IMG/VR virus record: IMGVR_UViG_3300017987_000063
Span: 1-64,000 of that record
Strand: one strand, 5' to 3'
DNA: 64,000 bases
Origin: a virus
Position 1 is the stretch's first letter. Each line of letters begins with the position of its first letter. A program made the translations under genes and the position numbers. Shown piece by piece: positions 17,884 to 27,604 of this stretch. Below the pieces are notes generated by a model, which saw only the letters and a program-made list of their open reading frames with translations, did not search any database and was not told where the DNA came from.

Positions 17884-19901
17884 TATGCCGCCTTCGCTTT
17901 TTTACCCTTCAGCCCTTCGCCTTTAACCAGTATCCTCTCAAGCTGCCTTATAACCTCGCGGGGCAGGGCTTCAATGTCGTTCAGTAACACCCAGTCAGGG
18001 TAAAACGAGCTAACCGCGCTGCTGTTGATGCCGATGCCGATGGTATGGATACCGCTTTTATTTATCCGCTCAACGACCTCGCGCAGGTGGCTGTTTAACT
18101 TGTTATTGTCGCCTTCGCTTGCAGGGTATCCATCGCTCAACACTATCAAGACCTTCTTGGACTCTTTACGGGCAGCCAGCCTTCGCGCCGCTATCATAAC
18201 GCTCTCGCCATCCGTATTATTCGCCCCTGCTAACAGGAAGGCGAAGTTGCTTTTCTTCTCCCCGAAGGGCTTGGCGATGTAATGGTTGATTCGCTCACTG
18301 TAGCGGTTAAAAGGTTTCAAGGGGCTGTCCGCATCCTTGTAAACGTCGCCCTCCGGATTCTTGGCCTTGTATTCTTTTCTAACTTTGCTTATTTCGCGAT
18401 TCAAGTTCGCGTCGGCATGGCAGTCAAAGCCCGCGACCTCGTGGTCTATGTCCAGCCTTTCAAGGGCGATGCTTAAAGCCGCCGCCGCTTCCCTTGCGGT
18501 CTTTATTTTCCTGCCGCTCATCGAGCCGCTGCAGTCCACCAGAAGGCTCACCGCTACGTCGCGGGTCTCGCCCTGTATCTTCTTCTTAAACACCCTGCTA
18601 CTGGTTCCGGTCGCCACCCTGTAGAGCATCCTGCTGTCCAGCTTGCCGCGCTTCTGCTCAAATAACTCCTTAGCCCTTTCCTTAGCTATCAAAGCCCGCT
18701 CCAGCCTGTGAATCAAGGGGTTCACTACGGGCTTCACGCTGCGCCTTATAGTTTCATCGGTAATCTCCGCGCCGCGTCCCCTGTATTTCATGTTCTCGCT
18801 ATCCATGTCGCTTGCGCTTATTCCATTGAACACCTTGTCATATTTTGTGCTAAAAGGTATGTGGGTATTCTCACCCGCAAACTCGTTTATCCTTTTAACC
18901 TCTTCTTCAATGGCAGGGCTTAAAAGGTCTTCGATGCTCATAACCTTAATGCCGCTCACTCCGCCTTCGATACCACCGCCCGGTGTGGATGTTTCAGAAG
19001 GCTCATCGCCATCTTCGCGGCCCCTATCTTTCGGGCTTCCCTGTGGCTTTCCGCCCTTTCCTTCGCCAGCCTGTCCCTTTTCGCCCTGTCCCTGCTGGTC
19101 ATCGGCCTTGCCGCTGGCTTTTTCGCCGCCTTTTTCGCCCTGTTCGCCGCTGTCGCTGTTTTTATCGTCCTGTCCCTGTCCTTGTCCCTGTCCCTGTCCT
19201 TGCTGGCCGCTATCGGGCTTTCCTTCGCTTTTTCCAGTGCCTTTGCCCTGCTGCCCTTCACCGCCCTGCTGTCCAGCATTCTGCTGCGGGTTGGGGGCTT
19301 TGTTACCCTTCTCGTTCCAGTAAGCTATAATTTCCCGCGCCATCTTTAAAACGTCTCTGGTGCTGGTAAGGTCATGCTTCTTTTTCAGTATTTTAACAAG
19401 CCCTTCGTCCAGATACTTGGCCAGCGGGGTTCCCTTGTAATCGGCGGGGGTCGTAAAGCCATGAATCATTTTAAACACGCCCAAGCCTATCTTGGTGCCC
19501 ATGTCGCCTTTGGCGTTTACCGTAGCCTCAGCCTCCGGCAGGGTAATCTCAATGCTGCGCCTGATATTTTCTTCGCACCCTATCCGGTATTGGCTCATTA
19601 AATGGTCTACCCGCCAATCTTCAATTCCCCGTAAAAGCTCCTCTTCCATCGGGGTCTTGCACTCTTTGCTTATTAGGAAGGTCGGGTCGGTATACTTTAC
19701 ATGGCTGCATTCGTGGTCAATAAAGCCATCCATCAGCTTGGTCAACTTGGCCAGTTCCTCTTTGCCGATATTGGCTACTGGCGGAAGGTACATAATTTTA
19801 TCCACCAGATTGACCATCGGGCAGCCAGCCCTAAAGACTACCTTTAAGCCCATCTCCCTGCTCACTATCTTTGCTATTCTCTCTATGGCTGTCTCTAACA
19901 T
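17883..19901 (-). CDS. CobT-like VWA protein with N-terminal HExxH domain
   Basis: DHECSH; G/Q/K/D low-complexity linker; MIDAS LVDCSGSM, DGE, LSDGYP. Confidence 0.85.
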   Translation of the reverse strand: MLETAIERIAKIVSREMGLKVVFRAGCPMVNLVDKIMYLPPVANIGKEELAKLTKLMDGFIDHECSHVKYTDPTFLISKECKTPMEEELLRGIEDWRVDHLMSQYRIGCEENIRRSIEITLPEAEATVNAKGDMGTKIGLGVFKMIHGFTTPADYKGTPLAKYLDEGLVKILKKKHDLTSTRDVLKMAREIIAYWNEKGNKAPNPQQNAGQQGGEGQQGKGTGKSEGKPDSGQQGQGQGQGQGQDDKNSDSGEQGEKGGEKASGKADDQQGQGEKGQAGEGKGGKPQGSPKDRGREDGDEPSETSTPGGGIEGGVSGIKVMSIEDLLSPAIEEEVKRINEFAGENTHIPFSTKYDKVFNGISASDMDSENMKYRGRGAEITDETIRRSVKPVVNPLIHRLERALIAKERAKELFEQKRGKLDSRMLYRVATGTSSRVFKKKIQGETRDVAVSLLVDCSGSMSGRKIKTAREAAAALSIALERLDIDHEVAGFDCHADANLNREISKVRKEYKAKNPEGDVYKDADSPLKPFNRYSERINHYIAKPFGEKKSNFAFLLAGANNTDGESVMIAARRLAARKESKKVLIVLSDGYPASEGDNNKLNSHLREVVERINKSGIHTIGIGINSSAVSSFYPDWVLLNDIEALPREVIRQLERILVKGEGLKGKKAKAA

Positions 19902-19976
19902 TGTCTTATCCTGTCCTCCTTTCAGGGGGCTTATTCGCCCCCTTTGATTATTATTATAGCATATATTCTTATAATG

Positions 19977-20405
19977 TCAAGCGGTTTCGCCGACTTTTTT
20001 CGATTTTAACGCTTTTTTCAGCCCCTCAAGCTCCTGTTTTACTATTTCGGCCAGCTTAACAGGGGTCTCTTTAAACAGGTTCGCGTCCGGAGGCGGCATC
20101 TCGGCAGCCTTCGGTTCCGCCGGTACATGGGAAGGATCGGTTAAGCTGGCATAAGTCTCTTCCATCGCGGCCTTCCAGTTCTCCATCGTGGCTTCCCATC
20201 CCTTGCTTTTATGGTCGCGGACGATTTTTTTCGCAAGCTCCACCGCGTTCCATAATGTGTTCTTCTGGCCTTTTTTAAACTTGCGTCCCGCCCTGCCGCT
20301 CGCTTCGGGTTCGTGTGCGTACACCGTGAAGCTGGTGGTATCCAGCAGGATAATGCGTTCGCGCCCCTCGTCTTTTTTTATCAATTTCGCTAAAGTAACT
20401 TCCAT
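19977..20405 (-). CDS. Hypothetical protein
   Basis: Conserved GGAGGACAGGAC leader. Confidence 0.65.
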   Translation of the reverse strand: MEVTLAKLIKKDEGRERIILLDTTSFTVYAHEPEASGRAGRKFKKGQKNTLWNAVELAKKIVRDHKSKGWEATMENWKAAMEETYASLTDPSHVPAEPKAAEMPPPDANLFKETPVKLAEIVKQELEGLKKALKSKKVGETA

Positions 20406-20418
20406 CGTCCTGTCCTCC

Positions 20419-21255
20419 TTATGCTGCTTTCCCGCCGATCCACCGCTGAATCACTCCAGCGACGACATCGCGGTCTTCTTTCGAGAGTTTGTTTAAAATG
20501 GTAACCTCAGCCGCGTTTTTCATATCCCCGTATCTCATTATTTTTTCCGCCCACTGTAAGCATTTGCGGGGACTGAAGGTCGTGGTAACCGCATCCTTAA
20601 AAAAGGCGTCCCGTATCTCCGCCGCGATGTTTACTATCATGTGGGCGATGCCGTTCGGGAGTTCGCTCACGCGGCTTTTCAGGATTTTAACCTCAAGCTC
20701 TTTTTCGGGGTAGCCGACTTGGTACACGAAGTCCCATCTGTCTAAAAACGCCTCGTTCATGGCGTTTGTGCCTTGATACAGGGTACGGTCTTCCATGTTA
20801 GCCCCGATGGTGTTGGCTGTGCCGAAGATTCTGAAGCCTTTTTCCCCGTACACGACCTCGCCGTTTTTTTCGCTCAATACCAGCCGTCCGCCCTCTTCCA
20901 GTAAGCCGTGCAGCACCGCCAGTATTTCGGGCTCCGCGAAGTCCACCTCGTCCATAATCAGCCAAGCTCCATTTTTAAGAGCCTGTACCGCTATGCCGTC
21001 AATCCATACGACCTCGCTGCCCTTTACAATCCATTGCCCTATCAGGTCGCTCACCGTGGTGTGGCCGTGCAGGTTCACCCTGCGAACCTCTTGGTTCCTG
21101 TGCGCGGCTATCTGCTCGATGGCCGATGTTTTGCCGACACCGCAGTGCCCTACCAGAAGGACGCGGTCGTTATGGTCAATCGCCTCCTCTAATAGGGGCA
21201 TCCATGTATGGTCTACATACCCCTCAATTTTTTCCGGTATCATATTGCCTTCCAT
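20419..21255 (-). CDS. MoxR/CobS/CbbQ-type AAA+ ATPase
   Basis: GHCGVGKT, LIMDEVD, TANT, NEAFLDRW, SPR. Confidence 0.9.
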   Translation of the reverse strand: MEGNMIPEKIEGYVDHTWMPLLEEAIDHNDRVLLVGHCGVGKTSAIEQIAAHRNQEVRRVNLHGHTTVSDLIGQWIVKGSEVVWIDGIAVQALKNGAWLIMDEVDFAEPEILAVLHGLLEEGGRLVLSEKNGEVVYGEKGFRIFGTANTIGANMEDRTLYQGTNAMNEAFLDRWDFVYQVGYPEKELEVKILKSRVSELPNGIAHMIVNIAAEIRDAFFKDAVTTTFSPRKCLQWAEKIMRYGDMKNAAEVTILNKLSKEDRDVVAGVIQRWIGGKAA

Positions 21256-21366
21256 GTCCTGTCCTCCTTTAAAATCGTATTGGGCTTATCGCCCTCTTAT
21301 ATAAAATAATAGCATATATTTTTAAATAGTCAATACCCTTTCACGACTTTTTTCGCTTTTCTGCGA

Positions 21367-21663
21367 TTATTTTAAAGGAGCTTCCGCGTTATCTTGCGCC
21401 CATGTAGGGCATACCATTCCTTCTGGTATGCTTTTCGCCGCCTTAGCCGGAGAATGGCAGCCCGCGCAAGTAGGGGCTTCCTCTACTGGAATCACCATGT
21501 AAAGCCTTCCATCGGCTTTTATCCAGCCCTTGTCCAGCTTTTCCTTCACGACTATCCACGATGTGGCGGAAGGGTCTTTGGCAGCCGCTTTTTTAAAGGA
21601 ATTGCTTATCATATTAACCGCCTTCGCGCCCACCGCCACAATTATTACAATACACAGCACCAC
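21367..21663 (-). CDS. Small membrane protein with a CxxCH motif
   Basis: Hydrophobic N-terminus; CAGCH. Confidence 0.5.
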   Translation of the reverse strand: MVLCIVIIVAVGAKAVNMISNSFKKAAAKDPSATSWIVVKEKLDKGWIKADGRLYMVIPVEEAPTCAGCHSPAKAAKSIPEGMVCPTWAQDNAEAPLK

Positions 21664-21718
21664 TTACCACCATCCTCAGCTTATCATCGAGCTTATCATC
21701 GTTCACGGTCGTTCTCCT

Positions 21719-23764
21719 TTAATAGTCTACCGGTTTTTCATCGTCACTATCGTCACTCTCGTCCGTCTTTTTACCCTCCTCATCCTTTTTCCGCCTCAAG
21801 AATATCAGGAGTTCCTTCGCGGTAAGCGGCCCGGTCGTGCTTATCGGCCCTTCGCCATATAACTTTGCCCGAACATCCTGCGCGGGAGCGTTTACCACCT
21901 GCTCCAGCAGGTTAATCAACAAGCCGCTATCCGCTCCAGCGGGCTCATACTTGACACCGGTAATCCGCTCAATCTTCTCCAGCCATCCACCCACCTTTTT
22001 CTCGACTGTCGCGTCCGGCTCATTATTGGTAAGGAAGTCAAGGCTCACCAGTTCAAGACACCGGCTCGGAGACACGCTGCCGCTCATGGTAGCCGCCAGT
22101 TCCAAAGCCTTTTCGATAGTCTCCCATTGAGCCTCGCTGAACCCGAATGTTTTACGGATAGAGATTGTCTCGCTGCCGCTCCGAATATCCTTCGCCTTCT
22201 TTACCTCAGCGGTAAATTCTGTGGCATTCATTTCTTCGGCTTTTTCCAGCCACTCGTCCAGATCGGTCTCGTCGGCCACCTGTATCAAGTCCTTCGCCTT
22301 AGTATTATAGGACGCGGCAGGACAGCAGAACATTCCGCTTTGAGTGCCTATATGGTAGACAGTATCATTTGGCCATTCCAGCTTATGGTGGCTCCTTACA
22401 GGCACCCCATATCCTGTTGGCAATACAATATATTCTCGTGTCGGCCTTTTTACGGTAACAGGCAGGCCGAATAATTTTTCGGCATCTCCACTGCTTATTG
22501 TAACCGCCCACATGGGCAAGCGATTTTTACTTTTTTGCCTTACTTGCGACAACCCCGGCAGGATACCTAACGTCATAGTCAACAGACGTACTTTACACGC
22601 CAGTTGATAAGAAGTTGTAGTTACCAACCAGTATCCTTTTTTTGAGGCACTTCCATCTCCTTGCCACAACGCCCGTAAAAATTCCGTTCGACACTCTCTA
22701 GACACCCCGAAAAATTCATCGGGAAAAGTTTTATTCGCACTGCCCTTTCCAAACCAGTTGTCGAAAGTCCTGTGTAACTGTAATGTCCTGTTTTTGCCCT
22801 GAAAACCGCCCGAAATAGACACCCTGTAACTCGGCTCCCTGCTATCGTAAGTTTTTACAGAATAATCGGGGTATAACTTTTCGGCAATGTCCCTCAATCT
22901 ATCCCGGACGGCGCGTCCTGCCCGACCAAACGTTATTCTTATCTGTCCTTCTGGAATTGTAAATCCCTCGGCCACATACCATCCCGCAAGCTCAAAAAAT
23001 TCCATAGGCATATCTCTGAAACGTCCCGCCGATACATCCGTGCGCGGAAATGGTACGAGCAGTAAATCCCCTTTATCTATGTCCCACGCTTTGACCCGCT
23101 TTACATTAGCTCTAAACCCTGTTTTTCTGCGCCTTCCATTTATAAGCTCTCTCTGTCCATTTATAAGCTCTCTCTGTCCATTCTTAATTATAGGAAAAGA
23201 ATGGTCAAAAGAGGCTCTTATAGCACCGATTTTTGCGGCTTGTATCTCAAATATAAATCCTCCTGCCCGGTGCTTTCCGTGCTCTGTTACCTGTGTCCAC
23301 GATCCATCCGCATCTAGAACAATATCCCCTTCAACCGCGTCTTGGATAGCCTTTCGGCCTGTTTTACATTCAATGACCTGTTCTCCGGCAAGGCACCAGC
23401 CGATGCCCCTGATTTTATCCCTGTACTCCGGCGGATACCGGTATTCCAGCGCATACCAGATGCTCATAAGGTACTCGGCCTTCCTTATGCTGTAACCGAC
23501 TTCGCCCTCAACATATTCCTTGAATGTCTCCCACCCGAAGTCCATGTAAGCCTTGCTCGCGGCTATCTTATACAGAACGCCGCCAAGCTCATCATACGAA
23601 TCATCGACCACCTTGACCAGAGCCTTCGCCCTGTCCCGTAAAAAATCCGCGTCTTCCTTGTCCAACGTGATTGCGGTGGCCTCAACGCTCTTCCGAACAT
23701 CTTCCATCATCTTCGCGGAAGGAGCCTTATCCAGCCCCGCCCCAAGTTTTTCTACCTCTGCCAT
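21719..23764 (-). CDS. Uncharacterised helical phage protein interrupted by an intein
   Basis: Exteins join as RGIGW|TKAKDL; WETFKEYVEGEVGYSIRKAEYLM looks HTH-like. Confidence 0.75.
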   Translation of the reverse strand: MAEVEKLGAGLDKAPSAKMMEDVRKSVEATAITLDKEDADFLRDRAKALVKVVDDSYDELGGVLYKIAASKAYMDFGWETFKEYVEGEVGYSIRKAEYLMSIWYALEYRYPPEYRDKIRGIGWCLAGEQVIECKTGRKAIQDAVEGDIVLDADGSWTQVTEHGKHRAGGFIFEIQAAKIGAIRASFDHSFPIIKNGQRELINGQRELINGRRRKTGFRANVKRVKAWDIDKGDLLLVPFPRTDVSAGRFRDMPMEFFELAGWYVAEGFTIPEGQIRITFGRAGRAVRDRLRDIAEKLYPDYSVKTYDSREPSYRVSISGGFQGKNRTLQLHRTFDNWFGKGSANKTFPDEFFGVSRECRTEFLRALWQGDGSASKKGYWLVTTTSYQLACKVRLLTMTLGILPGLSQVRQKSKNRLPMWAVTISSGDAEKLFGLPVTVKRPTREYIVLPTGYGVPVRSHHKLEWPNDTVYHIGTQSGMFCCPAASYNTKAKDLIQVADETDLDEWLEKAEEMNATEFTAEVKKAKDIRSGSETISIRKTFGFSEAQWETIEKALELAATMSGSVSPSRCLELVSLDFLTNNEPDATVEKKVGGWLEKIERITGVKYEPAGADSGLLINLLEQVVNAPAQDVRAKLYGEGPISTTGPLTAKELLIFLRRKKDEEGKKTDESDDSDDEKPVDY
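22304..23395 (-). mobile_element. Intein (364 aa) with LAGLIDADG endonuclease
   Basis: Starts CLAGEQVI, ASFDH, LAGWYVAEG, FLRALWQGDG, ends VYHIGT...SYN followed by Thr. Confidence 0.85.
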
Positions 23765-23815
23765 ACCAGCCTCCTTAAAAAATGTTTAGCTAATACAATA
23801 GCATATATTTTTAAT

Positions 23816-24448
23816 TTAGTCAAGTCCCCATCGCTCTTTATCCGCTTTTTTTACTTTACCCTGCCGGTGGGTCATTCGGTGAATACCTTCCAGTGCTTTA
23901 ATCTGCATTGGGGTCATGGCCGCCGCCTCCGCCTCGATGTCCAACTGGACGCAGCCCGCGACGGTTCGGGCGATAATCCACGCATCCTGCTCGTGGGTTG
24001 TCGAGAACTTTCGCCCTGCCTGCTCCAGTAACCGGGTAACTTCCGGCTTCTTCTGGATACCTTTGCCCAACACAAATGCCCGCGCCGCGCTCACCGGCAC
24101 CATATAACAAACCTGCTGCCGACCTGTCCACAGCATGTGCTTGATAATCCCGACAAGCTCCCCAAGCTGTGGGAGACTGCCGTGTTGACGGAAAGCGTAG
24201 CCCTCGATCCCTACCCACCGGATATCATACCGCTCAACCACATTCCAAATCTCGTTGGCGATGGTAAGCAGGCGCGTCATTTTATCAAGCTCTCCGCCTT
24301 TCGCTATGGTGTAGCCCATTGTGCCTGTAATTATCTCGCCATCCTTTAAGACACACCAGCCCGCCTCTGTAAGGCCGGGGTCAATCCCCAAGACTTGGGA
24401 AATCGGCGAGTCCAATATCTTCTGGTAAAACAGTGGCAGCCTTTCCAA
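23816..24448 (-). CDS. RuvC-like Holliday junction resolvase
   Basis: VLGIDPGLT, VGIEGY, HEQDAW; TTG start chosen from AGGAGG RBS (start uncertain). Confidence 0.8.
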   Translation of the reverse strand: MERLPLFYQKILDSPISQVLGIDPGLTEAGWCVLKDGEIITGTMGYTIAKGGELDKMTRLLTIANEIWNVVERYDIRWVGIEGYAFRQHGSLPQLGELVGIIKHMLWTGRQQVCYMVPVSAARAFVLGKGIQKKPEVTRLLEQAGRKFSTTHEQDAWIIARTVAGCVQLDIEAEAAAMTPMQIKALEGIHRMTHRQGKVKKADKERWGLD

Positions 24449-25325
24449 AGCACACCTCCTTGAAAAAACAGGTTCCAGCCCGCTTGGTTTTATCTGTTGG
24501 GCATACCCCCTTTGCCCACCGGCCTTCGCTCTTAGCCTGTGCAAGCTCTCCTAAATCCCTGCGCACCGCCTTCATGACTTTCGGGTCGTGGGTAACCAGA
24601 AATTCCTTTAAAGGCGGGTCATTTTCCTCTTTCGAGACGTACAGAATCACACAAGAGCGCAGTTTTGCCATGTGCATGTAAATATTCACTTGATACACAT
24701 GGGAGGGGTAGGGCTCCTCCAGCCTGCGGAATCCATCGCGGTAAATGGTCTTAATCTCCAGCCCTACGTCCTCGTCCGGCAGCGGCCCCCGCCCTACCAG
24801 CACTCCATCCATACTGCCCACGATATTAAGCTCGTTATCCACAAGCTCGATCTCCATGTAATCGCGGCCCATGTTTTTACGGCCTTCCTCTCCCTGTCCG
24901 CATCCGGCCTTCGCCTTCGGGCATGGCGCACCCCATAAGTCCACACCCTCAATCGTCTTTCCGCACGCCCTGCATCGCCAGTGTCCGTAAAGGCCGCCGA
25001 TTTGCTTCAGCCAGTAATCCCGAACGATAATATTCATGGCATGACCAATATCAAATGTAACGCGCCGCGCCGCCTCGACCTGTTCGGTAAATTTCATGCC
25101 TTTTTCTTGGCAGACCTCTATAAACTGCGCCTCTCGCGGGCACATATTATAAAGGCCGGAAGCATGGTACATGCCCGGCGTCCACCTTTTTTCCCGCACA
25201 GCCCCTAAAAACTCCAGCAGTTGCGGAGCTATCACCGTGCTTGGCATAACCTTCGGGGTAGTGTCCACCGGAGGTCGCAATTTATCCAATAGATTTTTCA
25301 TCGAGTAACTCCAGTAATGTTTCAA
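24381..25325 (-). CDS. Cas4-like PD-(D/E)XK exonuclease
   Basis: HAS...CPR, GSMDG, LEIKT, QVNIY, C-terminal Cys cluster. Confidence 0.8.
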   Translation of the reverse strand: MKHYWSYSMKNLLDKLRPPVDTTPKVMPSTVIAPQLLEFLGAVREKRWTPGMYHASGLYNMCPREAQFIEVCQEKGMKFTEQVEAARRVTFDIGHAMNIIVRDYWLKQIGGLYGHWRCRACGKTIEGVDLWGAPCPKAKAGCGQGEEGRKNMGRDYMEIELVDNELNIVGSMDGVLVGRGPLPDEDVGLEIKTIYRDGFRRLEEPYPSHVYQVNIYMHMAKLRSCVILYVSKEENDPPLKEFLVTHDPKVMKAVRRDLGELAQAKSEGRWAKGVCPTDKTKRAGTCFFKEVCFGKAATVLPEDIGLADFPSLGD

Positions 25326-25656
25326 GGGGTATCATCGCCCAATCCTTCGGCACCGGTCTCGGCATATTATCAAACCGGACTGTTAATACCGGAGTCTGGT
25401 TAATACCGGCCTCTTGGTCTATCTTTTCCAGCCATTCCTGCTTTATGGACAGGCTTTTTTTCGCCGTAGCCTTGGCCTCTATCCTTGCCCTGTATTTGTC
25501 GGCTATTATATCGCTTTTAAAGCCCTGAAAGGCTCCGGATGCTGGTGTCCTAAAGCCGCCGGTCTTCTTCGCCACGTCGCGCTCGTGGCGGCCAAACAGG
25601 GTAGCTTTACTCCTGCCCCTCGGCTTCGGTATCTTCGGTCGTTCCGGCATTGCCAC
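25282..25656 (-). CDS. Small PD-(D/E)XK nuclease (Hjc-like)
   Basis: HER...SGA...KSD...IEAK. Confidence 0.7.
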   Translation of the reverse strand: MAMPERPKIPKPRGRSKATLFGRHERDVAKKTGGFRTPASGAFQGFKSDIIADKYRARIEAKATAKKSLSIKQEWLEKIDQEAGINQTPVLTVRFDNMPRPVPKDWAMIPLETLLELLDEKSIG

Positions 25657-26755
25657 TGGTCATTACCCCCATCAGTATTTTTTTAATATCGTCAAACTTA
25701 TCTCCGCGCTCTTGCCAATAAATGTTAATGTCCTCAAGCGTTTTATGCTTTGCCTCATCCCCATAAACAGTCCAGCCGCCCTTCCCTTTTATAATAAGCC
25801 CCCACCGCTTGGCCAACTTAGCCACTGGTGCTATCTCCGGCATTTCCCCGATCTTGTAACCCTCATAATCGGCTATCTGTAACTCGAACTGCCCTTCGTG
25901 ATATGGGGTAAAGGTCTTATTTTTCTCAATGACGAAATCCGTAACCGCCCGAATGGGAATCTTACCTTTCGGGGCATAAACAGGAGGTCGCCTCTTGAAT
26001 TTAGCCCGTACCGATGGCAGGAACTTCTGGCCTTCACCTCCCGGCAGGACTTCAGGGTTCCCATACATAACTCCGACCTTGAGCCTTATCTGGTTAATCA
26101 GCACCACGGTCGGCATAATTCCGAACTGGGCTTTTGCGTCCGCTATGGCTACTCCCCACTTTCGGAATAGCCGATTCAGAGCCCGCGCAAGCAGGGCGAC
26201 CAAATCATCCTCTGCCGAAGCCTCAATTTCCTTTGACGTAGTCAAGGCCGCAATGGAGTCCAGAACTATCAAGTCGCAATGCCCGCTCCTTATAGCCTCT
26301 TCGCCCACGTCAATAACCTGTTCGGCATACCTGTCCTGCACCACGAAAAGCCGCTTGTTATCCACGCCATTCCGCTCCGCCCACCGGTAATCATAAACAC
26401 CTTCCGCGTCTATCCACGCCACGGTCATTGGAAACGCACCGCCCTTACACGCGCAATCACTTGCGGGCAACCTGCATGTGCGACACGTTCTGTGCGCCGA
26501 AGCCGCTGTTTTAAGGGCGATCACGGATTTGCCGGAGCTTTCATGCCCGTAAAGCAAAGTAAACCGGCCCATCGGTATTCCACCGCCGAGAGCGGCATCC
26601 AACACAAAAGAGCCGGTTGAAAGGCGGGGAATATCACGATAGGCAGCGGTCATTTTATCCGCCCGAACTGCCGTGTTCTCCCCGTATGTTTTGCACGTTT
26701 TATTGAAAATGTTTTGAAGCCCTGCAAGAGCTTCGTCCAGCTTAGGAGCCGCCAT
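25607..26755 (-). CDS. recA: RecA-family recombinase
   Basis: LDAALGGGIPMGR, GHESSGKS, IDAE, LDSIAAL, INQIRLKVGVMYGNPE. Confidence 0.93.
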   Translation of the reverse strand: MAAPKLDEALAGLQNIFNKTCKTYGENTAVRADKMTAAYRDIPRLSTGSFVLDAALGGGIPMGRFTLLYGHESSGKSVIALKTAASAHRTCRTCRLPASDCACKGGAFPMTVAWIDAEGVYDYRWAERNGVDNKRLFVVQDRYAEQVIDVGEEAIRSGHCDLIVLDSIAALTTSKEIEASAEDDLVALLARALNRLFRKWGVAIADAKAQFGIMPTVVLINQIRLKVGVMYGNPEVLPGGEGQKFLPSVRAKFKRRPPVYAPKGKIPIRAVTDFVIEKNKTFTPYHEGQFELQIADYEGYKIGEMPEIAPVAKLAKRWGLIIKGKGGWTVYGDEAKHKTLEDINIYWQERGDKFDDIKKILMGVMTSGNAGTTEDTEAEGQE

Positions 26756-27083
26756 CGCGCTTCTCCCGAACCTCCTCTATTTCCTTGAGGAGCCGCGCCT
26801 CGACAACCCTGTTACACCACTCCAGCCCCGCCGGAATTTCCTCACAGTAAACAGGCCGAGTCACCGACACGTCCACCCGCGCCGATTCGTAGTTGCCGAG
26901 ATTCACGGTAATGCCCTTTTTAATCCCCACATAAGCAGGTTCCACCGCAAATGTTCCAACGTCAAGGAACTCCTCTTTTTCAGTTTCACCCTCATTTTTA
27001 ATGCTGGTGCTAACCGAAACTGTGGCAGGGCCTCCATCGCCGGGCTTCTTTACTTTTTCCTGTTTTTCTTTCGCCACTTTCAT
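26742..27083 (-). CDS. Conserved-looking phage hypothetical protein
   Basis: TVNLGNYESARVDV. Confidence 0.6.
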   Translation of the reverse strand: MKVAKEKQEKVKKPGDGGPATVSVSTSIKNEGETEKEEFLDVGTFAVEPAYVGIKKGITVNLGNYESARVDVSVTRPVYCEEIPAGLEWCNRVVEARLLKEIEEVREKRDGGS

Positions 27084-27559
27084 CCTCCTCGTATGCCGTT
27101 TGGCATTTTATCAAATTCAGCTTTTACAAGCTGCGGGAACGCCGAACTTTTCCATTGGACGTTCCCCTGTTGAGTAAGCGAGACCTTGCGAGCGGTAAGA
27201 ATAACGTCCACTTGGTCTTCCGTCCACAGCCGGTTCTCGCCATCATCCCGGTAAGTCGCCTCCGGTATGATGCCGCGAGCCAGCCACACACGCAGTGTCC
27301 CTATTTTAATGCCAAGCATTTTCGCAAGGGTTCCATTGCTGTAAACCTTGACCTGCCGACCATTTATGGAAATATACTTTATCGGCATCGGGCCTCCAGC
27401 GCGTCCCCCGCTTGTTGCCGTTTTCGGCTTGGTACGCTCTCGCCACTTGCGTCCCGCCTCAAGCATGCGCTCTCGGTAAGCCTTATCTTCCCGATAACGC
27501 CTGCGCCGCTCGGAATTAAGCCGCTCTTTATTCTCATCGTACCACTTTTTCCATCCCAC
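27080..27559 (-). CDS. MerR-like HTH DNA-binding protein
   Basis: TLAKMLGIKIGTLRVWLARGIIP...RLWTEDQV. Confidence 0.75.
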   Translation of the reverse strand: MGWKKWYDENKERLNSERRRRYREDKAYRERMLEAGRKWRERTKPKTATSGGRAGGPMPIKYISINGRQVKVYSNGTLAKMLGIKIGTLRVWLARGIIPEATYRDDGENRLWTEDQVDVILTARKVSLTQQGNVQWKSSAFPQLVKAEFDKMPNGIRGG

Positions 27560-27604
27560 AGAATCACCTCCTGACTATTAGAATAGCATATATATTTAAA
27601 AATG

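Noticed and set aside
19060-19290. CCCTGT/CCTTGT short tandem repeats
   Set aside because: They simply encode the GQGQ low-complexity linker.
17883-21255. Cobalamin biosynthesis (cobS/cobT)
   Set aside because: No cobN or other cob genes; such pairs are common in phages.
21367-21663. c-type cytochrome call from CAGCH
   Set aside because: A single short motif with no other support.
24381-25325. Cas4-like nuclease as a sign of CRISPR
   Set aside because: No repeat-spacer array or other cas genes seen; it sits in a RecA/RuvC recombination block.
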